Of a stretch of DNA of 64,000 nt, positions 1-8,612 are shown in pieces; the stretch's first letter is position 1; each line of letters starts with the position of its first letter. Both the position numbers and the translations under genes were made by a program. The DNA is from Candidatus Krumholzibacteriia bacterium (GTDB lineage Bacteria > Krumholzibacteriota > Krumholzibacteriia > LZORAL124-64-63): assembly GCA_046484865.1 (NCBI GenBank), contig JAWOID010000135.1:1-64000 (forward strand). Reading direction: 5' to 3'. The notes beneath the pieces are model-generated. The model was not told the DNA's origin, ran no database searches, and saw only the letters and a program-made list of their open reading frames with translations.

Positions 1-140
1 CGCCGCAGGACATCCTCGCGCAGCGGCTGTTCCCGTCGAAGGTGCCGCTCGAGGGACGGTGGCGACAGTACTACTGGCGCGAAGTGGTGACGCCGGCTCT
101 GGGGGTCAACCGGCGTCACACGAAGACTTACGCCGTTTGA
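1..140 (+). CDS. 3' end of a CDS running in from the window edge (hypothetical)
   Basis: Open frame from pos. 3 (PQDILAQRLFPSKVPLEGRWRQYYWREVVTPALGVNRRHTKTYAV) to TGA 138-140, GC3-rich, followed by a hairpin. Confidence 0.6.
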   Translation, partial: PQDILAQRLFPSKVPLEGRWRQYYWREVVTPALGVNRRHTKTYAV

Positions 141-145
141 AAGCC

Positions 146-195
146 GTCTACCCCCGGATCGGACCGGGGGTAGACACAATTTCGCTGGCAGAACC
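146..195. repeat. REP-like element copy 1: 12-bp perfect hairpin plus conserved flank, between convergent genes
   Basis: GTCTACCCCCGG (146-157) / CCGGGGGTAGAC (164-175); AGACACAATTTCGCTGGCA (172-190) recurs exactly at 34392-34410. Confidence 0.7.
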
Positions 196-221
196 AACTG
201 ATCCGGCCGCCGGCCTGGCGT

Positions 222-683
222 TCAGGTGATATCGCGATCGTGCGTCCCACGCCAGGAACGGATCGAGATCACCACTCCGTCCTCCCGCTCCGCCGTGTCG
301 AGATCGTGATTGGCCGGGTTCAGCTTCCAGGCCCCTAGCCACTCGTCGCCCTGCCGCGCCACGGCCACCGCCACGCGCTCGGCCACCAGGTCGCGGATGA
401 AATTCATGGCGTCGTCCAGGAAGTTCTCGTGACCGTCGCCGCTGGCGCCGAAACGGGCGTGGAAGCTCTCACCGAATCCGACGGACACCTCCCATTCGCT
501 GGTGGTGACGAACAGGCCGTGCATGCCGCCCTCCGCCGGGCGGGGTACTTCCACCAGCAACGCTTCCTTCTCGAATTCCTCGTATGGATCGAACCGGGCG
601 AAGCGGCACCATTCCGGAAACTCCCGGAACAGGCGGCGGGCGAATTCGTGCGAATGGTCGTTCAGACGGCTGAGGTCGAGCAT
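222..683 (-). CDS. hypothetical protein (153 aa)
   Basis: ATG start, GC3-rich codons, globular-looking sequence; no family recognised. Confidence 0.8.
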   Translation of the reverse strand: MLDLSRLNDHSHEFARRLFREFPEWCRFARFDPYEEFEKEALLVEVPRPAEGGMHGLFVTTSEWEVSVGFGESFHARFGASGDGHENFLDDAMNFIRDLVAERVAVAVARQGDEWLGAWKLNPANHDLDTAEREDGVVISIRSWRGTHDRDIT

Positions 684-746
684 GGTCCACCATCCAGGGA
701 TTGTCTCCGACCGGATCGTCGGGCGTGGGGTCCGTTAGCCGCATTC

Positions 747-910
747 TTCATGAGCGGCCTATTGCGGCTGGTCAAATGCCCGCCAGAACACACCTTCTCG
801 GATCGGCTCGGTCAACGTCGCGCACCGGCGACGCCCCCTCGCCGATCCTTGCGAGGTCGTATTCTGGCGGGCATTTGCCGCACCCTCGCTACGGCCGCCC
901 ATGAATAGTT
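747..910 (-). ncRNA. candidate structured non-coding RNA (long irregular rod with internal bubble, 6S-like topology)
   Basis: Nested complementary segments 747-759/893-905 (one G-U on minus strand), 773-788/862-877 (16 bp perfect), 800-807/841-848, 816-821/828-833; sigma70-like promoter just upstream on minus strand. Confidence 0.5.
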
Positions 911-916
911 CGGGTT

Positions 917-945
917 AAGATACGGGTGGGACGCAGCGATCTCCA
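917..945 (-). promoter_or_regulatory. putative sigma70-type promoter for the hairpin RNA / 153-aa gene
   Basis: TGGAGA (945-940) - 17 bp - TATCTT (922-917); predicted start near 910, at the base of the stem. Confidence 0.4.
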
Positions 946-1084
946 GCCCGGGCCCAGGACGAGGCACTGCACGCACCGGAGACCGGCCCGGCCGGCCGCC
1001 CCGCGGTGGGCCGCGACGGCCGCAGCAGCGCGGCCCACGCCACCCGGGCGGACGGAGCAGACCGGAACGCAAACATGAGACGGA

Positions 1085-1120
1085 AAGAGCGGCGGCCCGC
1101 CGGAAACCCGGGGGCCGCCG
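1085..1120 (-). terminator. probable intrinsic terminator of the minus-strand TonB/PorV cluster
   Basis: GC stem CGGCGGCCC-CCGG-gttt-CCGG-c-GGGCCGCCG followed by CTCTTT, ~40 bp after the stop at 1163. Confidence 0.55.
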
Positions 1121-1162
1121 TCACAGCCGCGCCAGGGGGTCGAGCGCGGCATCCTCGCGGGA

Positions 1163-2326
1163 CTACTCCACGTGTTCGATGACGATCGACACCGATCCGT
1201 CCAGTTCGGCGCGCAGGTCGGGTCGCTGCACGGCCCCCGTCTCCACCTGTTCGCGGGGCAGGATCATGCTGTCGGCGAGGAACGTCGCCACGGCATCGGC
1301 GCGCCGCGCCGCCAGCGGCTCCGCCTCGGCGACGACCACCACGCGCACCGGGGAGTACGGGTGGCGGCGGATCTCGTCGCAAGCCCGGGTCAGCCACTCG
1401 CGGCCGGCCGCGGTCAGCGCGGTCTCCTCGCGCACGAAGAGCTGGCCGCCCGCGATCTCCAGGACGCGGTCGCCGTCGCGGCGGTAGTCGAGGGCGGGGA
1501 TGCGGAAGCTCACGCCCGCGTAGTTGTAGGTGTTGGTGCCCTTGTCGGTCACGGCGAACACGTAGCTGTACGGGTAACCCACCCTGAGCATCTCGTCCTG
1601 GTCGCCGCGTCCGTTCCAGGCGACTTCCCGCGGCGGCGCTCCCCCACCCTGGAAGGTCTTGAACGGACTGCCGCGGAAATCGGTGATCGTCAGCGACCAC
1701 TGCTGCGGCGCGTGGCCCTCGTGGGCGGCCGGATAGAACGTGACCACCGGCGTGGTGGCCATGTCCTGGATCCAGTAGTGCGGGGGCTGGTCGCTGGCCA
1801 GGCGCTCGAGATTGTTCAGGTGGGGCTGTAGACCGGACACGGGGCTCACGCCGAGCGCAAGGTCGTCCATGGCGGTGAGGAACGAGTCGACCGTGGCCGC
1901 ATCGAGGGGGAACTCGAACGTCCCCTTCTCGATCTTCTGCCGCACGGCGTTCTCCGCCTCCACCACCATCTCCGGCAGCACCGCACCCGACTCGCCGGCC
2001 CCGGTGAACGGCTGCTCGGCTGGCGAGGCGGCCGGCTGCGCCGCGGCTGGCGAGGCGGCCGGCTGCTCCGCGGCTAACGATGCGGGCCGCTCAGCTGGCG
2101 GCGAGGCGGCCGGCTGCACCGGGGCGGCGGCGGAAGGCTCGTCCGCGGTCGCGGCAGCGACGAGGACCAGGAAGGTCAGGATCGCCAGGATCGCCGCCGC
2201 CGTGGCCGCGACTCTGGTCGGGGCCCTAGACTCGGCCCTGGCCGCAGCCGCGTGCGAGTCACGTTCTCGACCCGGAAAGCTCACGCTGTCTCGTGCTCGG
2301 TTCGTGTCCGCTGCCTCGGTCCGCAT
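1163..2326 (-). CDS. membrane-anchored/secreted protein with FlgD-type Ig module and degenerate OmpA-like C-terminal domain
   Basis: Hydrophobic N-terminal segment, QPAASP repeats, WSLTITD...VAWNGRGDQDEML Ig motif, then LF..ETALTAAGREWL...LAARRADAVATFL OmpA-like pattern. Confidence 0.7.
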   Translation of the reverse strand: MRTEAADTNRARDSVSFPGRERDSHAAAARAESRAPTRVAATAAAILAILTFLVLVAAATADEPSAAAPVQPAASPPAERPASLAAEQPAASPAAAQPAASPAEQPFTGAGESGAVLPEMVVEAENAVRQKIEKGTFEFPLDAATVDSFLTAMDDLALGVSPVSGLQPHLNNLERLASDQPPHYWIQDMATTPVVTFYPAAHEGHAPQQWSLTITDFRGSPFKTFQGGGAPPREVAWNGRGDQDEMLRVGYPYSYVFAVTDKGTNTYNYAGVSFRIPALDYRRDGDRVLEIAGGQLFVREETALTAAGREWLTRACDEIRRHPYSPVRVVVVAEAEPLAARRADAVATFLADSMILPREQVETGAVQRPDLRAELDGSVSIVIEHVE

Positions 2327-2377
2327 CGTGATTCTCCCGCTGCTGCAACGTTCCTTCCGCGCGACGGGCCGGCGCCT

Positions 2378-3715
2378 CTAGCTCAGGCGGAAGACGATGG
2401 TGATCACGCCCCACTGTTCCACGGCCGCCTGCTCGGCCGGCAGCGGTGCGAAGCGGAACTGCTTGATGGCCTCCATGGCGGCACGGTTGAGGTCGCGATG
2501 CACGGAGGTCTGCTCGAAGTAGACGTTGTCCTTCACGCGACCGTCGGCAAGCACCGTGAAGTGCACCGACACCATCCCCTCCCAGCCGTTGCGTCGCGCC
2601 TCCCGGGAGTACGCGGGCGCCACCCGGTGCAGGATGTTCCGTCCCTTGATCTGGCCGCTGATGGTCATGCCGACGCCCTGGTCGCCGGTGACAGCCTCGA
2701 CCACCTCCTGCGGCCGGCTCGCCGCCGGCGCGCCGCCGGTCTCGCCCGCCGCGATGGCGCTGCTGGTGGCCGGCTCGACGAGCCGGGTGCGCCGGCCGGC
2801 CAGCCCGCCCCCGCGCCCACCACCGCCGCTGCCATAGTCCAGCACGGTCTTGCGGCCCGTCTCCGCGCCCCCGCCGCCGCTCGGACCCGCCACGTCCACG
2901 ACGCCCTGCCCGCCGGTGGTGCCGGAGCGGTCGCGATCGGCCGGCTGCAGGCTCGCCCCGCCGGCCGGAGCGGCCGCGGCCCGTCCGCGACCCTGCAGGC
3001 TGCCGCCCTGTCCCAGGGTCGCAGGCGCCTCCACCACGCTGTCGCTTTGCGGGCGCGTGGCGGCCGCCACCGACATCTCGCCGGTGGCCAGTGCGCCCCG
3101 GCGGGCGTCCAGCGCGCCGCCGGCGCGGGGTACGAACGCATCACGCTCCATCGGCTGCGCCGTCGGGGTCGCCCGGGCCTCGGCCACCAGGCCGGCGGTG
3201 TCGCCCGCCAGCTTGCTGGGGTCGATGATCCTGCGGGCCGGCGGCGGCGCCGTGCGGGCCTGCAGCGGCAGGGCTTCCGCCAGCGCCGGCTGCTCGATGG
3301 CGGCGGGCGTCATTTCCGGCGCGGCCACCTGCGTCACGGCCGTCCGCGTCGGCAACTCGGGCGATCGGGGCAGGAACGCCGCCTGCGCCAGCGCCGCCCG
3401 CGGTTCGGGACGGGGCGCAGCTCCCGGGGTCGCCTCCGGCTCGCGCGCCTGCTTCACGGCCGAATCGGTGCTCACGCCCATGCCCGGCGGCTCCGGCCGA
3501 CGGAGCTTCTCCCGCAGCTTCACCTTCGCCGCCACGTCCTCGCCGTACCGCGCCTCGATGTACGCGATCTCGGTCAACGGGTCGTCTCCGCCGAGTTCGG
3601 CCGCCTGCCGTCCCATCGTCACGATCAGCAGGAGCAGCAACCCGCCGTGCAGGATGCAGCTGACCGCCATGCCGCCTCCGGTGGGCCGCGAGCGGTCGAT
3701 GGCCTGCCGGATCAT
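2378..3715 (-). CDS. tonB: TonB family energy transducer
   Basis: N-terminal TM with S-xx-LH motif (VSCILHG), long Ala/Pro/Gly linker, C-terminal TonB_C (PAYSREARRNGWEGMVSVHFTV..DGRV...AAMEAIKQFRFAP). Confidence 0.9.
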   Translation of the reverse strand: MIRQAIDRSRPTGGGMAVSCILHGGLLLLLIVTMGRQAAELGGDDPLTEIAYIEARYGEDVAAKVKLREKLRRPEPPGMGVSTDSAVKQAREPEATPGAAPRPEPRAALAQAAFLPRSPELPTRTAVTQVAAPEMTPAAIEQPALAEALPLQARTAPPPARRIIDPSKLAGDTAGLVAEARATPTAQPMERDAFVPRAGGALDARRGALATGEMSVAAATRPQSDSVVEAPATLGQGGSLQGRGRAAAAPAGGASLQPADRDRSGTTGGQGVVDVAGPSGGGGAETGRKTVLDYGSGGGGRGGGLAGRRTRLVEPATSSAIAAGETGGAPAASRPQEVVEAVTGDQGVGMTISGQIKGRNILHRVAPAYSREARRNGWEGMVSVHFTVLADGRVKDNVYFEQTSVHRDLNRAAMEAIKQFRFAPLPAEQAAVEQWGVITIVFRLS

Positions 3716-4125
3716 CGCTGCGCCTCCCCGTCCTTGGGCCGGGTGGCCAGCGCGATCCGCCGGGCCTGCGAACCCTCGACCGCGGCGATCAGGCGTTCCA
3801 CGTCCCCGTAGCGCACGCCCTGGTCCGCCTTCACCACGGCAACGGCGTGGGGCAGTTCCGCGAACAGGACACCCAGGTACGCCGGCACCTCGGACAGCGT
3901 CACCTGGTCCTCCCCGATGAAGATCTCGTGGCCGAGCGTGTAGGTGATCTCGATGTTGTCCGTATCGTCGACCTCGGCGGCGCGCGCCTCGGGCAGGTCC
4001 ACGTCCACTTCCTGGCCGCTCAGGAACGGCGCGATCATCATCAGCGTGAGCACCACCACCAGCGAGACGTTGATGATGGGCACCACGGTCACCCGGGTTT
4101 CCACGCCGTAGGGCTGCTTCCTCAC
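3712..4125 (-). CDS. exbD: ExbD/TolR family protein (atypical: Asn at the conserved TM Asp)
   Basis: VVPIINVSLVVVLTLMM TM, VDLPEA, VVKADQGVRYGDV; overlaps both neighbours. Confidence 0.85.
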   Translation of the reverse strand: MRKQPYGVETRVTVVPIINVSLVVVLTLMMIAPFLSGQEVDVDLPEARAAEVDDTDNIEITYTLGHEIFIGEDQVTLSEVPAYLGVLFAELPHAVAVVKADQGVRYGDVERLIAAVEGSQARRIALATRPKDGEAQR

Positions 4126-4556
4126 TGGTCTCCCCCGATCCGGTTCAGCAGGGCCAGCCCCTCGGCGCCGCTCGCCTTGGCGATGTCGAGCGCCTCGACC
4201 ACCCGTCCGAGCGACACGTCGTCGTGCGGGATGATCACCACCGTGCGGTCTTCGCGCTCGCGCAGGAGCGCGGGCAACTCCGCGTCCAGCTCGGCCGCCG
4301 TGACGGCGCGTCCGTCCAGCCGCAGCCCCTCGGGCTGCACCTCGACCGTGACCAGCTTGTCGTCATGCACCTGGGTGGGCTGCACCTGGGCATTCTCGGT
4401 GCCGGCCTCCGCCTGGTTCACCTGGATCCCGTTCCACATGATCGCGGGCATGGTGATCAGGAAGACCACGATGAGGGTCGTGGTCACGTCGGCCAGGGGC
4501 GTGATGTTGGCCTCGTTCTGTCCCTGGAACATCCCGCTCTTTCTCGCCACCGCCAT
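4122..4556 (-). CDS. exbD: ExbD/TolR family protein
   Basis: NITPLADV...LIVVFLITMP TM with conserved Asp; typical periplasmic domain (VSLGRVVEALDIAK). Confidence 0.9.
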   Translation of the reverse strand: MAVARKSGMFQGQNEANITPLADVTTTLIVVFLITMPAIMWNGIQVNQAEAGTENAQVQPTQVHDDKLVTVEVQPEGLRLDGRAVTAAELDAELPALLREREDRTVVIIPHDDVSLGRVVEALDIAKASGAEGLALLNRIGGDQ

Positions 4557-4598
4557 GATGCCTTCCTCGCGTTGCAGCTGCGTTCGGAACCCGGGAGC

Positions 4599-5312
4599 CT
4601 ACCTCAGCGCGGCCACCGGCTCGGCCTGCTGAGGTGCGGCGGCTGCGGACCGGCCGGCCGCGGCCGTCGCCGCGGGCGCTGCCGCGCGGGCCCGCCGGTG
4701 GAACTGGGCCCAGAGGGTGAAGAACGCCTCACGGGCATCCTCGAGCTGGGCGACGCGAATGCGGATCCGCCGCACGAAGGCGTTGAAGAACACCGTCGCG
4801 ATGACCGCCACGATGATACCCGCAGCCGTGGTCAGCAGCGCCTCGGACACGCCCATCGCCACCACGGCGCCGCCGCCGGACCCGGTGCGGGCGATGTCCG
4901 CGAAGGCGCGGATGATGCCGATGACCGTACCCAGCAGACCGAGCAGCGGAGCGATGTTGCTCATCGTGCCCAGCACGCCGAGGTTGCGCTCCATCTCCAC
5001 CTGTTCCATGTCGATGGCGGTGTTCAGGCGCTGGGCCAGTTCCTCGCGCGGGCGGCCGACATGGGTGATCCCCTGCGCCATCACGCGGCCGACGGGGGAG
5101 CGCTGCTTCGTGCAGAAGTCGAGGGCGCTCCGCGGGTCCGCCTTCATGCGATTGGTCAACTCGGTCATGAACCGGCGCACGTCCGTGCGCGAGGCGTTGA
5201 AGTAGAGCGTGCGCTCGATGGCGAAGCCGACCGTCACGATGGAGCAGGCGACCAGCACGAGCATGGTGGGCGACGCGATGAAGACGTCGAACAAGGAGAG
5301 ATCGCCGAACAT
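4599..5312 (-). CDS. exbB: MotA/TolQ/ExbB proton channel protein
   Basis: APLLGLLGTVIGII and GVSEALLTTAAGIIVA signature helices. Confidence 0.92.
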   Translation of the reverse strand: MFGDLSLFDVFIASPTMLVLVACSIVTVGFAIERTLYFNASRTDVRRFMTELTNRMKADPRSALDFCTKQRSPVGRVMAQGITHVGRPREELAQRLNTAIDMEQVEMERNLGVLGTMSNIAPLLGLLGTVIGIIRAFADIARTGSGGGAVVAMGVSEALLTTAAGIIVAVIATVFFNAFVRRIRIRVAQLEDAREAFFTLWAQFHRRARAAAPAATAAAGRSAAAAPQQAEPVAALR

Positions 5313-5469
5313 GGAGCCTTACCTCTCTGCTCTGGCCGCCGGGGCGGCCGCCGCGTGGCGGAATGAGCGCACTCCCCGGGGGAGGCGGCGTGCAATCTGC
5401 GAGGTCGCGCGGGCGGTGGCGGGCTCTAAGGGCGGTTTGCAACCCGGCATCGCCGTCGTTCAGGACGGC

Positions 5470-5485
5470 TGCAGGTAGCGTGCCA
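5470..5485 (-). promoter_or_regulatory. sigma54 (-24/-12) promoter upstream of exbB
   Basis: TGGCACGCTACCTGCA vs consensus TGGCACG-N4-TTGCW (one mismatch), intergenic and correctly oriented. Confidence 0.65.
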
Positions 5486-5591
5486 CGGCGCGTGCCGCCT
5501 CGGGGGGGCGTATCCTTCCGCGCCGGGCACGACGGCGCCGCCGGTGGGGACACCGGCGGCGCCGCGCTGGGCGACCCGGATCGGAGCGGCG

Positions 5592-8500
5592 TCAACCGCC
5601 GATGCCGGCCCTGATCGCCGCGATGCGTTCCTGGGCCATCTGCGTCCACTCGGGCTTGCCGCCCGCGTCGACGATCCGCTGATAGGCGCCGATGGCACCC
5701 GACCAGTCGCCACGTTGCTCGAGGATCTCGCCGATGGCCGCCAGGGAGGCCACCCGGAACGGATCGGCTCCACCGTCGCTGGCGGAGATCTCGTAGTGGC
5801 CGAGCGCGCCGTCGAGATCGCCGGCCTTCTGCAGGCACTCGCCCTGACGGTACCCGGCCTCGCTGCGGCCCGTCTCGCCGTGCGCCAGCGCCTTGCCGTA
5901 CGCGTCGGCGGCGGCGCGGAAGTCGCCCAGCTCGTTCTGGTAGAGCCCCGCCACCTGCAACCAGATGCCGCGGGCGTTCTCGTCGCCGGGGTGCTCCTCG
6001 ACGAAGCGGAGGTAGCCGCCGATGGCCGCATGCCAGTCCTCGAGCTCCTGGTAGCAGATGGCCGCGTTGTACGCCGCCAGCGGCCGGTACTGGCCGTCCG
6101 GGAACAGGTCGGTGAGGACCTCGTAGGCCTGGGCCGCCTCCTCGAACCGCTCGAGCTTGAACAGCACGGTGGCGGCGCGCAGGTGCGACAGCTCCGAAAG
6201 CTCGTGGCCGGGGTGGGTGGTCACGAAGTTCTGGTAGCCGGCCAGGGCCTGCTCCAGCGACTCCTGCCGGTAGTAACTCTCGGCCAGGTAGAAGAGCGCT
6301 CCCGGCCCCGACTCGCTGCCGGGGTAGTCGAGCGTGACCTTCTCGAACGCCCGGGCGGCCTCGCTCCAGTCGCCGGCCGCGAACGAGTCCTGGCCCTTGT
6401 TCCAGTAGACGTCGGCAGCGAGAGCGCTGTCCGGGTGCCGGTCCAGGTACTCCTCCATGTCCTTGCCGCCGCGGTAGTAGCAGGACTGGATGCCCAGCTC
6501 GGCATCCTCCACCCGCTCGTCACCGGGATAGGCGGAGATGAAGTCGCCGAACGCCGAGATGGCCAGCTCGTCCTGCTGCAGGTTGTAGGCGCAGTTGGCC
6601 ACCCCGAACAGCGCGTCGGCCGTGTGCTCGCCGTCCGGGAACTGGGTCTGCAATCGGCGGAAGGTCCGCTGGGCCTGCTCGTAGCGGCCGAGCCCGAACT
6701 GGGTGTCGGCGATGCGGTACACCGCCCCCTCGGCCTCGGGAGCCGCCGGGAAGCGCGCCAGCAGCGACGCCCACGATTCGATGGCCTGGTCGTAGTACTG
6801 CAGCCGGTAGTAGCAGTCGCCCTGGTTGGCGAGCGCGGAGGCGGCGCCCGGGTCGTCCGGGTGCTTCTCCAGGAAGTCCGTGAACTGCTTCAGCGCCTCT
6901 TCGTACCGGCGCTGGTTGAAGTAGATGCTGCCCACGGCCAGACTGTTGGTTCCCTGCTCGCTGGCGGCATTGGCCAGCGCCAGCAGGAACTTCTGCTGCT
7001 CGTCGAGCGCCAGCTGGTACTCGCCCGTGCGGCTGAGGCTCGCCACCAGCCCCTGCAGGGCGGCGGCGGCCACGTTGCTCCGCGGATAGCCGGTGAGCAC
7101 CAGGCGGTACATGCCGCCCGCCTGCCGGTACAGGCCCTGCGCGAAGTAGGCCTCGCCGAGGTAGTAGTAGGTGCGCGCACGCCAGAAGGAGGGCGTGGGC
7201 AGCAGCTTGCTGGCGATGTAGTTGTAGTTCGTCAGCACGCGGTCCAGCTGGCCCGTCTTGAAGTACGCGAGCGTGGAGAGGAACAGCGCCCGCTCGGCGA
7301 CGTCCGTGTTCACGTGCTTGTCCACCACGTTCTGGAAGGCCATCACGGCCTGATGATACTCCTCCAGCCGATAGTGGCAGAAGCCCTGCAGCACGCGCAC
7401 ACGGGGCGCCAGGGGATCGCCGGGGTACCGCTGCAGGAACTCCCTGGCCAGGATGATCGCCTGGCTCCAGTTCTCCTCCTGAGCGTAGGCGTACACCACC
7501 TTGTGCATGGCGGCGCTGGCCACCTGGCTCTCCTCGAACCGCCTGATCACGTCGGTGTAGGCGAAGATAGCCTCCGCCGTGCTGTCGAGCTTCATGTGGC
7601 AGTCGCCGATCAGGTACTGCGCGTAGGCGCAGATCATCTGATCGGGGAAGAGTCGCGTGATCTCCTGGAGCTGCCGGATCGACTCGTCGTAGCGGCCCTC
7701 GCGGTAGGTGACACACGCCATCTTGTAGCGCGCGTTGGGTACGAACGGCGAGTCAGGATGACTCTCCAGGAATGCGCGATAGCTGCGCACGGCCACGGTG
7801 TTCTGGCCCGAGCGGTAGAACGCCTCGGCGATGGAGAAGGCCACGTCGTCGGCGAGCGGGCTGTCCGGATACTGCCGCAGCACCTGCTTGTAGCGCTGGA
7901 TGGCCAGGATGTACTGGCCCGTGTCCTCGAGGCAGCGGCCCAGGTAATAGAGACCGCGGTCGCTGGGCACCTCCTGGAAGTATTCCACCGCCTCCTCGTA
8001 GTTCTGCTCCTGGTAGGCGAAGAGGCCGAGCGCGAACTTCACCTGCGGCAGGTCGCGGTAGCCGGGGCGACGTTCCAGCAGTTCCCGGTAGGCGGTGCGC
8101 AGCTTCAGCCAGTTGCCCTGGACGATGTAGGCCAGACCCAGCTCGTACAGTCCCTCTGCCAGGAGGAAGGTGTGATCGTACTTCTGCACCAGCCGATCGT
8201 AGGCGGCCACCGCCTCGTCGAAGCGGCCGAGGTTGAAGTGGCACTCGCCCTGCCGCAGCAACACGCTGGCGCGCAGATGGTCGTCCAGGCCCTTGCGGCC
8301 CTTCACCCGGTCGTACTCGGCCAGAGCGGCCTGGTAGTCGCCGGCGGCGAAGTAGCATTCCGCGAGCATGTACTGGGCGGCCGCGGCCCGGCGGCTGCCG
8401 CCGTAGCTCTGAACGAAGAGCCGGTACTGCTGCATGGCGGCCGACCTGTCGGTGCCGCCCGCGTACGCCTGACCGGCTGCCTGCCAGAGCGCCGCCTCGG

Positions 8501-8612
8501 TGGGAACCTGCCGGTCGCGCTCGGGTGCCGCACCGGCGGTCGCCGTGACCATCATCATCAGCGCTGCCACCAGGGCGGTCAGGACACCGCTGCGCTTGCT
8601 GCTTGCACTCAT
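5592..8612 (-). CDS. large periplasmic tetratricopeptide-repeat protein (CpoB/BamD-like repeats, 1006 aa)
   Basis: Signal peptide then continuous TPRs (A.Y..GE.YF....Y..A...Y......YP.S); ATGA overlap with upstream barrel gene. Confidence 0.9.
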   Translation of the reverse strand: MSASSKRSGVLTALVAALMMMVTATAGAAPERDRQVPTEAALWQAAGQAYAGGTDRSAAMQQYRLFVQSYGGSRRAAAAQYMLAECYFAAGDYQAALAEYDRVKGRKGLDDHLRASVLLRQGECHFNLGRFDEAVAAYDRLVQKYDHTFLLAEGLYELGLAYIVQGNWLKLRTAYRELLERRPGYRDLPQVKFALGLFAYQEQNYEEAVEYFQEVPSDRGLYYLGRCLEDTGQYILAIQRYKQVLRQYPDSPLADDVAFSIAEAFYRSGQNTVAVRSYRAFLESHPDSPFVPNARYKMACVTYREGRYDESIRQLQEITRLFPDQMICAYAQYLIGDCHMKLDSTAEAIFAYTDVIRRFEESQVASAAMHKVVYAYAQEENWSQAIILAREFLQRYPGDPLAPRVRVLQGFCHYRLEEYHQAVMAFQNVVDKHVNTDVAERALFLSTLAYFKTGQLDRVLTNYNYIASKLLPTPSFWRARTYYYLGEAYFAQGLYRQAGGMYRLVLTGYPRSNVAAAALQGLVASLSRTGEYQLALDEQQKFLLALANAASEQGTNSLAVGSIYFNQRRYEEALKQFTDFLEKHPDDPGAASALANQGDCYYRLQYYDQAIESWASLLARFPAAPEAEGAVYRIADTQFGLGRYEQAQRTFRRLQTQFPDGEHTADALFGVANCAYNLQQDELAISAFGDFISAYPGDERVEDAELGIQSCYYRGGKDMEEYLDRHPDSALAADVYWNKGQDSFAAGDWSEAARAFEKVTLDYPGSESGPGALFYLAESYYRQESLEQALAGYQNFVTTHPGHELSELSHLRAATVLFKLERFEEAAQAYEVLTDLFPDGQYRPLAAYNAAICYQELEDWHAAIGGYLRFVEEHPGDENARGIWLQVAGLYQNELGDFRAAADAYGKALAHGETGRSEAGYRQGECLQKAGDLDGALGHYEISASDGGADPFRVASLAAIGEILEQRGDWSGAIGAYQRIVDAGGKPEWTQMAQERIAAIRAGIGG

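Noticed and set aside
747..905. SRP RNA, tRNA or retron msr-msd identity for the long hairpin
   Set aside because: No SRP GGAA-loop motif, no cloverleaf, no reverse transcriptase in the window
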